DNA from: Gordius albopunctatus
Taxonomy: Eukaryota
Length of the DNA stretch: 64,000 bases
Direction of reading: 5' to 3'
Assembly (NCBI GenBank): GCA_964276515.1
Contig: OZ193909.1
Coordinates: 12,462,001 to 12,526,000, forward strand
The translations under genes were made by a program, and so were the position numbers. Below the pieces are notes generated by a model. The model worked only from the letters and a program-made list of their open reading frames with translations, searched no databases and had not been told where the DNA came from. Positions 26,642 to 40,684 of the stretch are shown here, one piece after another (the stretch's first letter is position 1; each line of letters starts with the position of its first letter).

Positions 26642-27697
26642 TAGTGCTGTAAATGAACGCGTTCAGATTTTATGAACGCGTTCATGAACGGCGTTCTTTT
26701 ATTTTTTGGTGAACTTTGAACGTGAACGCGTTCCTTTTTTGATGAACGCGTTCGAAGTTAACGTTCGTTCAATAGAAACCCTTTTTTATTTTTATTTATT
26801 TGAAAATTAATTTTAATCCAAATTTTTAACAAAAAAGTCTCATATTTTTTAATCAGCTGTTTTTCCTGTTTCCTATTATCAATTCTGAAATACTTTTAAC
26901 ATACTATAACATACAAAAAAATATAAGATTAAAGTTAATTAATTTGATATTATTAATTATAGTGTAATTTATAGGTTAATATGGACAATCATAATATTAT
27001 ATCGTCGTCATCTTCAGATTCTGAATATTCAAAATCAGCAGATGAATTGAAATTTCTATGGCCAAAATAAGATAAATATTTTTCACTCATTTCATATAAA
27101 GGACCGAATTCAATAATTATTAAATGTGAAAAAGAATAAAATTTTAGTTTTTTGGAAAAAGGGTTTGAAAGCCCTAGAATTGATAATGAAAGAAGAACTA
27201 TTGTATCATCGTTTTTTTTACGAGGCAGTAGAGGGAGTGCGGCTTGGAGGATCATATCTTATCGCACTTTTTTGAAGGGAGGGATAAAACATTAAAAGTT
27301 TTTAATAAATTTCCTGCTTTACAAAGATTTGTTTATTAAGTACAATACTCCAATCCCCTCATCTGCCCCCGTGGAGCGGGTTTTTAGTATAGCTAATGCT
27401 GTATTAACTGCCAAGCGTTCCTGCTTATCAGACGACAATTTTGAAAAACAATTATTATTAAAAATCAATAAGAAAATAGCTTATATTGATTTATAATTAT
27501 ATTGTCGAAAAAAACTATTATTTTTTATCATGGCTATTTATTGTATTAAAAAATATCAGACATTTATTTATATTAAATTAAATTAAAAAAAATTATCATA
27601 AAATTTTGAACGAACGTGAACGTGAACGCGTTCGATTTTTGTCAATGAACGTTGAACGCGAACGCGTTCGATTTTTTTACAAATGTTTACAGCACTA
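26642..27697 (+). mobile_element. Non-autonomous hAT element with GAACGCGTTC subterminal repeats
   Basis: TIR TAGTGCTGTAAA / TTTACAGCACTA; perfect TSD AGTTTATG. Plus-strand remnant LFIKYNTPIPSSAPVERVFSIANAVLTAKRSCLSDDNFEKQLLLK at ~27325-27470. Confidence 0.92.
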
Positions 27698-28110
27698 AGT
27701 TTATGTCTTTCGCTTTTAAATTCAATTCCCTTGATGAAATAAATTTGAGTATTGTTACTCTTTTCGATTTGATAATAAATTCTGTTAAAATATAACAAAT
27801 ATGTTATTATACTTTTTTAGAATATATTTATATTTTAATAAATCTACTACAGTTAAAACCGTTTAAGCTCTAGTTCCTGTAGATAAGAAACTGGAACTGC
27901 TGTATTTGGTTAGATAAAAAAATGTAACTATAACTGTAATTAGTCGTATATATTTTGAAAGAAACTATAACTTAACGAGTTCATTTGGAAAATAAATAAG
28001 CACCTCTAAAGATAAGTCATTATTGAAATCTCTAATAAATGAGTTATATTTTTATACAAAAATGAAATACTATTAGGATGCTAATTTGTAAATTGTTTAA
28101 TTATTGGACA

Positions 28111-29956
28111 CAGGACGAGGGGGGGGGGATTTCCAAAACTTTTTTATAACATTTTTATTTCAACATCAAAATTATAAAATCTGGCATAAACCATAAAGAA
28201 AGTCATTATAAAATAATTTTATATTTTCTTTTTCCCAGCGAAAACATCTCAAGAACTTTATCTGGAGTGGGAGCTAATTCCCGATGAATCGCTAAAAGGG
28301 CCAATCCATTTAATCTATTTTTCGACATAGTATTTCTTATATACGTTTTAAGCCTCCTCAACGTTGAGAAACTTCTTTCATTGGTGCATGTAGTGATAAG
28401 AAGACAAGCTAATAGGTAAAGAGGAGTTGTGATGTTGGGTAAAGATTCCAATATTTTATAACCTGATAGGGCGGCGTCCATGGGATTCTTTGGACGAAAT
28501 TCTTCTGACGTCTGAGACAACGCCATATACCATATACTATCAAATTCTGATTTAAGGTCTTCGTTTGTCCCCTTAAAATTATTGGAATAAAAGTCCCATA
28601 GAAAGTTTATTTTCATCCGCGTTTCTGGCGAAACAATCAAAGAATTCGAAGGAAATAATATTTGGAAATTTGCCAAAACTTGTTTCTTGTCCACAAACCG
28701 TTCATTGAGTTGTAGAATGAACAAAAATAGTGATTTTGTAATAATCCTCAATGGATTCAGTTTAAATATTACTTCGACAAGTTTGTTTCTTTGCATATCG
28801 AGGTTTCTTAAGTTCAAAATCATACAACTTAGCCTTTGCTTCGGCTACTAAAAAAATTTCCCGAAACTCTTCATCAACATTGTTTCTTATTAATTTCATT
28901 TGATTTACTAAAGCTTCGGCTAACTATGTGACTTGCTGAAGATCTAGGTCCTTCTTTTGCAATTGCTTGCATAATATGGACGTATAGCCAAAGAGCTTAT
29001 TTAGGCATAGAAGGGAAATAATATATTCACATTGTCGTAATGCAGTGAGCAAAGTTGCAGTTTCTGTTGCAACATCGTGATCATACCATGTAGATATCTT
29101 TTCAAATGCTGGATATATGGCATCTTGAAGCAAAATAAGTGTGGAAACAGCTTCGTGCCGTGATGCCCAACGGGTGACACACACTTGCTTTAATTTCTCT
29201 ATATTGGGTTTATCTTCCATTTCTGACAACATTTCAATTAAAACTTCATGAAGTTTAGAATATTTAAACAAATCATATACTTTGGAAACAATACCCATGC
29301 AATTCCGTATAGTAGGAAGGGTACAGGCATCTGAAAGTGCCAAATTTAATGAATGTGAAGCGCATTTGCGTTTGGTTAATATAGTAGGTATAATGTCAGT
29401 ATCATCTTGATCTTTTGATAAATTTTTTTGGCTATCTTCTATAAAACACATGAATAAATTATAAAGTCTTTGGTGTAGAAATTATTGTATGGAAGATCAT
29501 CTAAAACAATCTCTAGCTTAAAAACATATCAATAAAAACTAGAAAAATTTTGCAGATAAAACTTATTATAAGTTACTAAAAAATGCATATTGAACTGTAG
29601 TAATGAAAAAAAGCATTATGATATCGCTTATTAGAAAAATAATGCAATTTAATATTATAACAAATTACTAGATGTGGAAGGGCAAGGGTCGGATCATTTG
29701 ATGGGAAAATAATCGTATATAAGGTTCCGTTTCATATCGCAAAAGGAAAACAAGAATAATAGTTAATACTCTTTTTGTCAAAATTTGATTCAAAAATAAA
29801 AAAAAGGTATACATCGGTATATATTTAATAAATTGCATTGCATAGCAATTAATAAGTGTCTTACTTGGTCAGTTACGTTGCACAACTATTTTTTCCCCCA
29901 AAAAAATACTGGGGGAGGGGGGAATTTTCCGTTCCCCCCCCATATTTACGCCACTG
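28111..29956 (-). mobile_element. Defective hAT transposon (Tip100/ZMYM1/PRKRIR-like transposase fragments)
   Basis: Perfect TSD ATTGGACA. ORFs 28924-29451 (CASHSLNLAL, CVTRWASR) and 28206-28823 (ERSFSTLRRLKTYIRNTMSKNRLNGLALLAIHRE). The N-terminal half is deleted. Confidence 0.9.
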
Positions 29957-30518
29957 ATTGGACAGTACGGACTTGATTAGGTATCACCACGGATGATAAA
30001 TTACACGGACCCTAGCTTCTTGAGAAATTGTTACATAGAGAAATCCTAGAAAACATTTAAATAATAAACAACACACTAATTTTTATAATTTAAAATTTAA
30101 CTTCTAATTTATAAGGTATGTATAAAGAGCGCCAGTTAACAACTATAAAATGCCATCAAGAACACGTTAATCAGTCAGACATAATTTTAGAGTAAAATTA
30201 TTAGTCAATAAAAAAGTTTATAAGATTAGTATACATGGTTGGGCAATGCTATTTGAATATCAGAGAATGATTGTGGTGGAAAAGTATGAGAGGTATACAC
30301 AGGGGACCAACACCATAAAGAAAACGGTTAGGGTTAGTAAAAAATTACTAACATCACAGTTTTTATTAATAATTATAAAAATGGCACCTTAAATCATTCA
30401 ATAAACTTTTAGCCACGTAATAAATTCGACTAAACAACAAAATTTCCCAGCGTGAAATCGGCGAGATCCATTTAGGTCGAGTTGACAGGGCGCCTCATGA
30501 TTTTTGTCATTTGTTTAT

Positions 30519-31273
30519 ATGGCTAGACACCATCCAGATCTTATATTCTGCCGCAAACAACCCGGAGTTGGTGAGTTTCATCAACTATACCTTTCAATAT
30601 TTTTATGATTATATACATGTTTACTTTATATATTTATTTTTAAATGTGGTAAAATATTTTTGTCTATTTTTTTAAATTGAAAATTGTTTTATCTTGGTTA
30701 CCTCTATGTTTATCAAAGCCATTGGTAGGTTGTGCGAAAAATGCGATGGTAAATGTGTTATTTGTGATTCTTATGTGAGGCCATGCACGTTAGTAAGAAT
30801 ATGTGATGAATGCAACTATGGATCATATCAAGGCAGGTGTGTGATATGTGGTGGACCTGGAATTTCTGATGCTTATTATTGCAAGGAATGTACAATGCAA
30901 GAAAAAGATGTAACAATTATTTAAATAAATAAATTAGAAAAATTTGTTCTAAAATTTTATTTTTTTAATGGCACACCAAATTTGTAAGCCTTAATTGATT
31001 AAACTAGCTTTTATTAATACCCTTTTTTAAATCTGTATATTCTACAGAAATTTTATTTTTTTTGGTTATTTTAATATTCTAATAATATTTAGGCAGATTA
31101 AGAAGAATTCTCATATAATATTAAGGTCAATAATTGCTTTTATTGTCAATCTTTTATTAAATCATTGCTAAATCACTATATAGAGAGATGGTTGTCCAAA
31201 GATTGTGAATCTAGGAAGTGCCAAAACAGATCTGTTCTATGAAAGGAAAAAATATGGGTTCAAAAAAAGATGA
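30519..31273 (+). CDS. PHF5A: PHD finger-like domain protein 5A (SF3b subunit, Rds3 homologue), 110 aa
   Basis: Exons 30519-30570, 30719-30909 and 31184-31273 joined by GT-AG introns give [116 protein letters not shown] at ~31314. Confidence 0.97.
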
Positions 31274-33169
31274 CATTGTTTTATACTTAATTTCCCCCTT
31301 CCCTTGTATATGTAATAAATAAATATTATTTCATTTTTTAATTTATATTTTGTAATAAACATTAAAATAAAGGTGTTTGTCATTTAATTTTCTGAATTAT
31401 TAAGATTTTTTAAATTTTCCTGTCCCAACTATTAAAAACTATACTTTTTTGCACCTACTCTATAGGTTATATTTAATTTTTCTATCCCCTTTTCTTGCCC
31501 CACAAACTTATATCATAAGATGTCACCAGGCAAATTTTTTGAGAAAAATAAGTTGACTTGCTATATTATGAAGATGAATAGTAAAAATCATTTCAAATAG
31601 TCTGATTTTTTTGTTTATTTATATACAAATGAAAGAGAACAATTTAGAAATATTTTTTGATTCCCATTTTAAATGTTTTGTCTTACCCTGCTAAGAAGGT
31701 TAATAATTACATAATTAATTTTGATCTAAAATATATTGTTTTTAAAAAATTTTATCATGTAAATAATTGTTTTTCCATTCATAGTAATAATAATAAATTT
31801 TGAAGCAATATCAGTTATTATATTGATTTAAAAATAATTAGTCTTATCTTGAGATACTTTTTAATTATAAGGTGTCTTTTATAAACCATATTAATGGAAT
31901 TAAAGTGTCATGTACGTACATAATTATGCTGTTTTACCAAACTTTGTCTAACATTTTGACAAATTTTAATAACAAGCTGATAATCACCACCTTTTTCAAT
32001 CACATTTTTTCTATGACTGGTTATCACCTGGGTTGGTGGTCATTCCTTTTAATATTATTTTTCATTTCTCTCCATATTTAAATTGATATTTCTTATCTTG
32101 TATATTTTCCTATTGTGCTTTATTTTGTGATTACATGTAGGCTTGTGCCTTCCTTTTACCTCCCCCCGAGTTATTTCCTCTCAATTTATAGCAATGGTTC
32201 CTACGAAGCTACTAGGCTTTTTGTAAGCAATGACTTATGTGCACAAAACAAGAATTTTTTGGTATAAAGTTTTCCCTTCAAGCTACACATGGATATAATG
32301 GAGTTAAGGGGATTACGTTTGAGTTTTATAGATTGATTAGATCTTGTAAATAAACCGGACAAATAACATTACGGTTGGCTACACAGTCCTTATCTAATTT
32401 CTGACTTCATGTAAGTCGGTGCAGTTTGGTTTTATGGAGGCAGCAGGCGTTGAGAATCATTGTGCAGAAGAGGTGAAAGGTGTTTATATCTAAATTTGAT
32501 GCGTTTTAGGGGACAGGAAATATTTAAATTTTGCTTAGAATATTTTATTTTTTCGATAATATCAAAAATTAAATGCAAATCAATCAGAACCATCAATTAA
32601 GACTTGTGGTTAAAGGTGGTTGTATGGGTCCCAGTCATTCACTACCCTGAATCATTTCACCCAATCACTGCTTGGTTAAAATAGACTCTTTGCCAATGCC
32701 TCAAAAACTTCCGCAAAGATACTGTCATTACCAACTTTCTTAGTAAATATTCTGCAAGAAAACAAAACTTAAGTTTGGCAAAAGGGTATTTAAGAGAATG
32801 ACCTCTTAGAGCCACCTTTGTTTTGCTTAGGTATAAAAATCTAATTCAATCATTCTCTACCAAATGTGGCCTAATATTAAATGCTTGGTACTTGATATGT
32901 GGCCCTTTTTAAGAAATTTCTCATATTTTGAATCAAACTTATGCAAGGATTGCAATTTTTACGTTCGGACACTAAATCTCTTTCTATAAACCTTTTATAA
33001 ATGGAACTTCTACAAACTTAACACCTCTTAAATGACAAAAAAAAATTTAATTCAAAAACCCTTAAAAATTATAAAAATTTATGCTTTGCCCCCACCCCCC
33101 CCCCCATTCCAAAAACTTGCAACGCCCATGCCTTATATTAAAAACCTTTTTAACACTAGTTAAGATTAA

Positions 33170-34937
33170 CACAACAGGTACCCGTGGTAGGTGACACATT
33201 TAGAAGTACTTTTCTCAAAAACTATTGTAGAAAATTTTTTTAAACATAGTTTGAAGACTGAATTGGGATACATTTTATTACTTCTTCCTTGGTTGGTGAT
33301 TTATACTCGTTCAAAAATTGTATAAATCGCCATTCCGATCCGACTTCTTTTATTCAATATTTATGCGTACTCACTTATAAATTATTGCAATTTAATTTAC
33401 CTTTTTAAATTATGTATAATTTTACCAACATTTCGATATTAATTTTAAATTTATTTGACTAACTTAAGCCTTTAAAATTTGTCCTAAAGTCGAACATCAC
33501 ATATAGATTACACCGGTCAGAGCTTGCTTGCCTAGTGTAACATTTTTAGTGGTCTAATTAAAAAACTAAGAATTTAATAATTTTTTCTTTTGCACAAATT
33601 AATAGGATTTAGAGGGTGGGTTAGAATAGTCAAGAATTGCTCAAATTTTGTCCCCTTAAGTGGTTATAATAAGTCTTGGTAAACCGAATTTATTGTGGCG
33701 GATACATTCTGTTTTTAGATAAATTAAAGCTCCTACAATTCCAAATAGGTCTAGGATGGGGGGGGGGGGGTTCGTTAAAAATTTTAATGCGATCTAAGAT
33801 AAGGATTTAATTTTTATTTATGATAGTTTTATAGAATTTGCCTAATTATACACGAAGGGTCCACTTTCTAAATTCCATGGTAAATGGGCCGACCTTTCAG
33901 AAATTTGGTCTCATTTTCAATACTGTTACAAAAGTCTTATCGTTAAAAAAATTTAAAGAGATAGAAAATAGAATTGTACTTAAATTTTTAGTCCTATTAA
34001 AATAATATTTCTTGTTAATTTTTCTAACCATAATTTTAATTTAACGATCAACGAATTTTAAATTTATATTTCAATTCTTTTTTATTAGTTATTTGTTTCC
34101 CAAAAATGTCAACTTTTGGGAAAATCAAGCTAATTCTTTCATCAAAATCCAGAGATAACTAAATATATTTAAGGCAACTTTAAACTGGTCCAAGCAAACA
34201 AATTTTCCAAGGTTTGGGTTTTGTGAACGTTTAAAATTATAAAGTTAACTGATAATTTTAAATATTGCAACTCATCCCATATTTCATGTATCATTACATG
34301 GATTATATTATAGATGCGACACTGCAAAGCAATTCAAAAAGGGCAAGTTTTTGGTATTTAGTTTTAAGATGTGGTCTGCAGACACTAAACCGGCTGTAAT
34401 GTTTTCTTAAAACTCCACCCAGGGCCACATTTTCCTTCGTCAAGCATGAAATAGGATTAGGAAGAGCTGTCATACTTGACTTAGTTGAAACTGCCTCTCA
34501 CGATAATAATAATTATCTACATCAGAATCACGACTCATCAAGAATCCTAAAGAATTTTTGGTTCAATGCCCAAAGATATATAAAACATTTATGGGCGGCT
34601 TAGATTGCTTTAATTAAAAGTTGATGCCACATGAATATCTTTTCGGGGCAGAAAATGGGTTTTCCCTTTATTTGTGGATGTTGCTTATAAAATTCCCTAG
34701 GAGCTCTCTTGTCTTAACAAGGATATCATTAAACTCTTTAGTTTTTTTTCACTCATCCTGGTCATTTGAGGAAATCTTTTAATTTGCCTTTTTTATGTCT
34801 CCCAGTGTAACCTGTGGGTGACATACCTTTATTTCCAGAAGTAGGTAATTTTTTTTATAATTTTTAAATAGCATATTGAGTTGCCTAAAAAATTTATAAA
34901 AATTTGTTCGGCCAAAACGTTAGTGGTACCTATAGGT
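33170..34937 (+). mobile_element. Decayed piggyBac-like element
   Basis: TTAA on both sides of imperfect TIRs (CACAACAGGTACC / GGTACCTATAGGT). Remnant QCPKIYKTFMGGLDCF at ~34564-34610 resembles the piggyBac YN..MGGVD motif. Right end related to 49920-50077. Confidence 0.55.
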
Positions 34938-35061
34938 TTAAACAATCTTCCGTTCCTTGATTGCAATCCTACAATACCTGATTTGAACACGTTTAAATTA
35001 AGAGAATTCTCTAGAACAATACTAATTTCACACATGTCCATAACCTGTCTAACATGGTTTC

Positions 35062-38000
35062 AAGTAAGTAAGTAAGTTTGCCGCGAAGACGCCCAAGAAC
35101 TTAGTTAGTGAAATCTAAGGTTAAGCCCCTTCTAACGCCAAATGGCGCATCAGGCCACGTTAGTGATAACGTGTGTAAGTATGCTGTAAAAAAATGATTA
35201 ACATGCAGTGTATTATGACATGTAAATATGTAATACCTGTTGACTTGAAAGTAATGTAAAGCCTTTAATACTAGGTCGTAAATGAATAGTGCGTGAGGAG
35301 ATCCTTACTGGGGGAGCCGCAATAATTTGTTCTTTGAGAAGTCTTTCCAACGTTTCCTGTCTTGCATGATGGGCAGCAATGAATTCCAATCATGACCCAT
35401 TGTTTGGACATCGCGGAACACCTTGTAAAGCCAGCTGCCATAGAATTTGCGACCTTTTAGCTGGGGTGGACAACAGAACAGGTAAAATAGACAGTAGCTG
35501 GTTCCCTTCCTCCGCAGTTGATGTGCCAAAAAACCCCATTTTCTCGCGAGTAGAATATTTTTAATTGGAGCGATTTTGCAACGCACTCATAGATCCTCGT
35601 TGGTTATTCTCAACGGATAAAATATCCGGCAAACGATACGTAGCATTTTATTAAGACTGACTTGCAGCTTCTTTAAGCTAGGAGCCTTCAGCGACCAAGA
35701 TTCGCAACCGTATAGGAGGATTGGTAGGATCGTGACTTTGAAAATCCTCAAACGCGTCTGGAGCGTCAGTTGACGTGAGCGCCATATCACCGAGCAAGAG
35801 TAGAATTTGACCATGGTCCGACAAAGGGAGCTTCGATTCGGCATCCGCTTCGGCGTAGGTATCTGGAGTAAGCTCCACTCCCAAATATCGGACTTTTTGA
35901 GATGCATTTATTACGATGTTGTTGATTACCAGAGTAGAGTTCGAGGGATCGTTTATGCAGATCATTGAGCATTTGTCGGGGTTTATAAGCAGTCCTGCTT
36001 GCTTGGCTTGGATGCTGAACCTGTCTAACATTAGTTGTGCTTTGGAGATAGAAGGGGCCACTAGACAAATGTCCTCTGCGAACAACAGGGATGATAGAGT
36101 AGTGCCGTTTAGTTTGATACCATCTGTCGGAAGTGTGGATCTCTTCATTATTAGATCCATCGCAATTATAAAGAGGAGAGGGGACAGCGGACAGCCTTGC
36201 CTGATACTAGATGTTACTGGTAAGGGTTCCGATTTGTGTTGGAGGTGGGAGATAACTAGTTTCATGTTTTCGTAGAGTAGGAAGATCATGAGAATTATTT
36301 TCTTAGGCAAGCCTAAGAGGCATAGCGCTTCCCAAATGTATAGATGGCACAGCGAATCAAAAGCTTTAGCGATGTCTAAAAACACAAGAACCAGGGGCAA
36401 CCACTTCTCCGTGAAATATCCATTATGTTCCTTAAAGTTATTATGTGCTCTGTCGTCGTACGGCACTTCCTAAAACCTGTTTGATTGTTTTTAATTATTT
36501 CATCCACCTCGCTGTAAATTCGATTGTAAATAACCTTGATGAACATTTTTGATTCAAAGTTAATGATAGTCACGCCCCGGTAGTTGTTGGGATTGGATGG
36601 ATCACCTTTTTTGAAAAGTTTGATCAAGTGACCTATTGTCCAGGAGTCCGGTATTACCTCTTTCGTCCAAATTTTCCGAAACAAGTGGTGCAAAAGAGAG
36701 CTAGAGATAAGGGGGTCGGCTTTGAGTGCTTCCGAGGTTAGGCCTGACGGGTCGGCCGCTTTGTGGAATTTGAGTGACTTGATAGCTTTGTCAATTTCAG
36801 ATAAATAGGGTGGGTCCGTATCGATGTGGAGGGGTGATGGGCCTTTGAAGTTAACGATAAATCCTCTGTATATATCCACTACAAGGAATAAGGGCTGGGC
36901 CGATAAAATTGAACGAAAATGGTCTTCCCAAGCTTTGGTTTGGACCAAGGAGTCGTTTGAGCCGCCAACTGTGCTTATGCTGTTGTAGGCTCGTTTGGAG
37001 AATGTGTTATAGTTAAGGCTGTCTAGAATGGTAAATAGCTGGTGATTGTTATTGGAACGTGCTGCCGCTTCGGCCTCTGTGGTTTTTGCGTTAATAAACG
37101 CAATTTTATCTTGTCTGATGCTGGATTTAATCCGCTTGCTGAGAGCGGATAAGCATGCGTTTTTGAAAGGAAACTCATTTCTATCAAAGTAGATGTTAGA
37201 TTTTGTCCTGAGGAGCCCAATTGTTTTTTCTGAAAACCATGTCTTTGTTCTAATTCGACACTGGTCCTTCAAGGGAATTGTAAATATTTCAGATATTTTT
37301 ATGCTGTGGTCGTTTATCGACAGGTCGGAGAGATTGCTATTTTGGATTTTTAGGTGAAGGTGGTCTCTAAATTCAGTGGTTTAGGACAGACCTTGGGGCC
37401 TTATTTTCGGGGGTTTGCGTGTCGAAGGAACCCGTAGGGTGGCTGCTTTCAACACTAGTTCAGCGGCTATTGCACAATGGTCGGCGTCATCGGTTAGGGG
37501 GTCCACAATTACATGAAAGTTTTTGACTATTTTTAGATGTCTTGCCCTACAGATCAGATGGTCTATTTGGCTTGATTGCAAGTTGTTTTTTTCCGGAAGG
37601 TGGCCAGCCGATTATAGGGAAGATCTGAGAATGTTGAAGTAATTCGCCAATTTCCCATATTGCACCATTTTTTTAAGAATAATACCGTTTTTGTTGTTGG
37701 AACCTAGGGTGTTAGGGCCTATTAAATTATGTTTGTCACGGTCAGTGCGCCCGACGGGTGAATTCAAATCGCCAATTATAATTGGCACCGACTTGCGGCT
37801 TAATTCTTTGATTTTGTCAAAGAGAAGACTGAAAAATTTGTTAATAACCTTAGTTTTGTAGGAGGATGTAGGGGCATAAACGTTTATCACCGACAACACA
37901 CGTACCCCTATTGTTAGATTGATTATAAGAATCCTTTCATTTACCCAGTCAATACTCAGAACGGGAAGACGTTTATTTATGAAAGTCGAAACCCCTGTTG

Positions 38001-38150
38001 CATCCTAGAATGAGGAATCCGCGTCTGCTGTAGACAAAGGATGTCGAGTTTATGCTTTCTTGCATATGTTAATATCATCTGTTGTTTGCCTTGGATCATA
38101 AGGGAATTGATATTTATAGAAGCTATTTTGATCTTCATTAGCTGTTAAGT
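35062..38150 (-). mobile_element. Decayed APE-RT non-LTR retrotransposon (RTE-like, a different family from 22983)
   Basis: Fragments INVYAPT, IIGDLN, SQIDH (endonuclease); LFKKGD..NYRG, NQTGFR, FLDIAKAFDS, RQGCPLSPLLF, LFAED (mutated FADD); LLYGCESW. Possible (ACTT)n tail at 35062-35077. 5' end approximate. Confidence 0.85.
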
Positions 38151-39162
38151 TGGTGAGGACGAGGTAGGGGCAGAAATTATGATTTGATGAGTTGAACCTT
38201 TCTTGAATTTATATATTTTGAGGTGTCGAGTTGCAGACTACGAGCCCTAGCCCAATAGTATGACGAAGTATTAATTAAACGGTTTCAAATCTCTTCTAAG
38301 AGCGAGGCTAGCCGCAAACGCATGACGATTAAAGTACTTAACGACTTGAATGACCTGGGTTTCATTTGGGAGTAAGTGGGTCTTAACCAAAGCTCATATA
38401 AGTAGAGCTGATGAGATGAAGTATTAACGAAGACATATGTGGGGAGTGAGTAGTTAAAGAGAGGTTTTAATTATTTCAAATGTTGTTTGAAGCATCTTAG
38501 TCCCTTCACATATAATAATTATGCCGAGGGAAAGAAATTACCAGGGTATTATAGGTGTAGCAGGGTCGTGGGAGTTATTGCGGGAGGGGGGGAAGCTTAA
38601 ATATCTCGATTATGTTGTTGCAACGAAAATTCTCACATTTTCAACACCAAGCGAAATACTTCATTAACGCCAACCCACTACCATAATTTATTGACCTAAA
38701 AAATATTGGTATGTTGGTATTGTATGGGCTCCTTTTATTACTTTTAATCCAGGCGCGATGAGAATTTTTGTACAAATACTGAGCATCATCAATTTAAATA
38801 TGAGAATTTTAAAGTTAATTTACTGAGCAATTTTGAATTTTTAACTGAATACATTAATAAATTACTAAGGACATTTTACTAAGCTTTTTTAATTTATCAC
38901 ACTGAGCATATAATATCCTGATGTTAATATAGTAATTAATTTAATATATATTTCAATTGCTATAAATAATATGGTTAATTTTAAATTGTTACTTGAGCAT
39001 ATATAGACAAAACATATACATAAATATCAATTATGGTTATAAATCCCTTCCTAAATATACAAAATTTATAATCCATCTGATTAATAATATTAAGATAATA
39101 CCCTGAATTTGTTCAATGGTATAGATATAAACATCTTAACTATTATAAACAATGATGTAGAT

Positions 39163-39948
39163 AAGTCGCGTAGCCAAGGCTCCCCCTCCCTTAGCAAAAA
39201 TTAAAAATATTTGTTTTAAATAAAATAACAAATTTATTAATAGTATTTATAGTCGGATAAAAGACAAGTACCCTAAAGCTTATATATATAGTTCATATTT
39301 TTAAATTAAATTTTCACCAAAAAGTTTTAACCACACTTTTTTGTCTTCCCAACACCCTTCAATGATCGTAGTTTTTCCATGCTTAAGAGATTAAAAGCCT
39401 ATTCAAAAAATAGGGTGTCAGGACATCGATGGAATGAATTGGGAATATTAACGAATCTTTATTAATGCCCCTACTTTAGGCGATATCTCATAAAGAAAAT
39501 CGCCGAGCAAAAGAAAAATATGACCATTTATATCGTTTCTGCCAGAACCCATCACAATCTGATAACTAGATACCCCTCCAGGGCCAGCCTATGCCCTTTC
39601 TAAGAGTCAGCCCCGCCAAGCCTAAATCACTAGAGCTGTCAGAACTCCCGTGCCAAAAAAGATTATTTTAAATTTCAAGCATTAATTTCATATTTTCGAA
39701 AATTTGTGATTGAATTCTCGAAATTTTAAATTAAAAAGTGTAAAAAATAGTAAGGTATCTAAAATATCATTAAGGCCGCACTACCTCAATCTTGTTATGG
39801 GGCCTACCTGAGCCTACTTTAAAAAATTTGACAGTTGCTTGTCTGGCCCTTAAGCTGAGATGCCCTACTTTTGAATTACAAATAAAATTGTTTAAATTTT
39901 TTGGGTAGCTTTACTCGCTCAATTGAGAAAATACGGGCTACGCGCCTG
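39163..39948 (+). mobile_element. Decayed hAT derivative (CAGGCGCGTAGCC TIR type)
   Basis: Ends AAGTCGCGTAGCC / GGCTACGCGCCTG. Remnant NDRSFSMLKRLKAYSKNRVSGHRWNELG at 39361-39445. No TSD seen. Confidence 0.65.
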
Positions 39949-40684
39949 CTCTGTCGCAATTGTTTATAGATTATGAACGTACACTTAAAGCTCCAACATT
40001 GTCTTTTTAACAAATTTAAATATATAGGGCACATTAGATCAAATTTCTTCATCAAGGATGTTCTTAAAAGAGTTTATATGTTACCCATTTTACAACATCT
40101 GAGCCTTTGTTATAAAATATAATGCCAAACAACGCTTCATCTATCATTCCCTGCATTTCTAAAAGATTTTGCTCTTCTTAGAAGTTTTGATTCCCTGCAA
40201 AGAAACAATAACGCTCTAATCACATAACCCGCGAAACAGCCGAATATGGCCATTTTCTAAGGTTCTCATTGCAATTGACTCTTAAATATTTGGGTTCGGC
40301 ATTATTAAATATTAAAATTAGTTGGCAGTCCATAAGATTTTTGTTAAAATAAAAAAAGAGTATCCTTGCAAAATTTAATTTAAATCCCTTATTGATAGCT
40401 GACCTCTTTTGTCGAAATTGTTATGCTTTTGAGCCTTAATAGATACTTTTTATATCCAGTTTTATTTTGATTTTTTTTAATTATGTCTCCAAGTTCATAC
40501 ATATCAATCTACGCTATAACTCAATATTAAGGCGATTATTATTCGTACCTACGTTGATATATCCCTTACATAAACATGTGATATTTTTGAAGCGAATTAT
40601 TAAATTTTGCTCATATTTAAATATATATTCAAATTTGTATGCCATAGAATATATTCGGATTAAAAGTTTCGCTCATTCAAAACA

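Noticed and set aside
26650..27670. Palindromic GAACGCGTTC clusters as a regulatory array
   Set aside because: They are subterminal repeats at both ends of a TSD-flanked hAT derivative.
28206..29451. Domesticated ZMYM1/PRKRIR-like host gene
   Set aside because: Split by stops, N-terminal half missing, and bounded by an 8-bp TSD.
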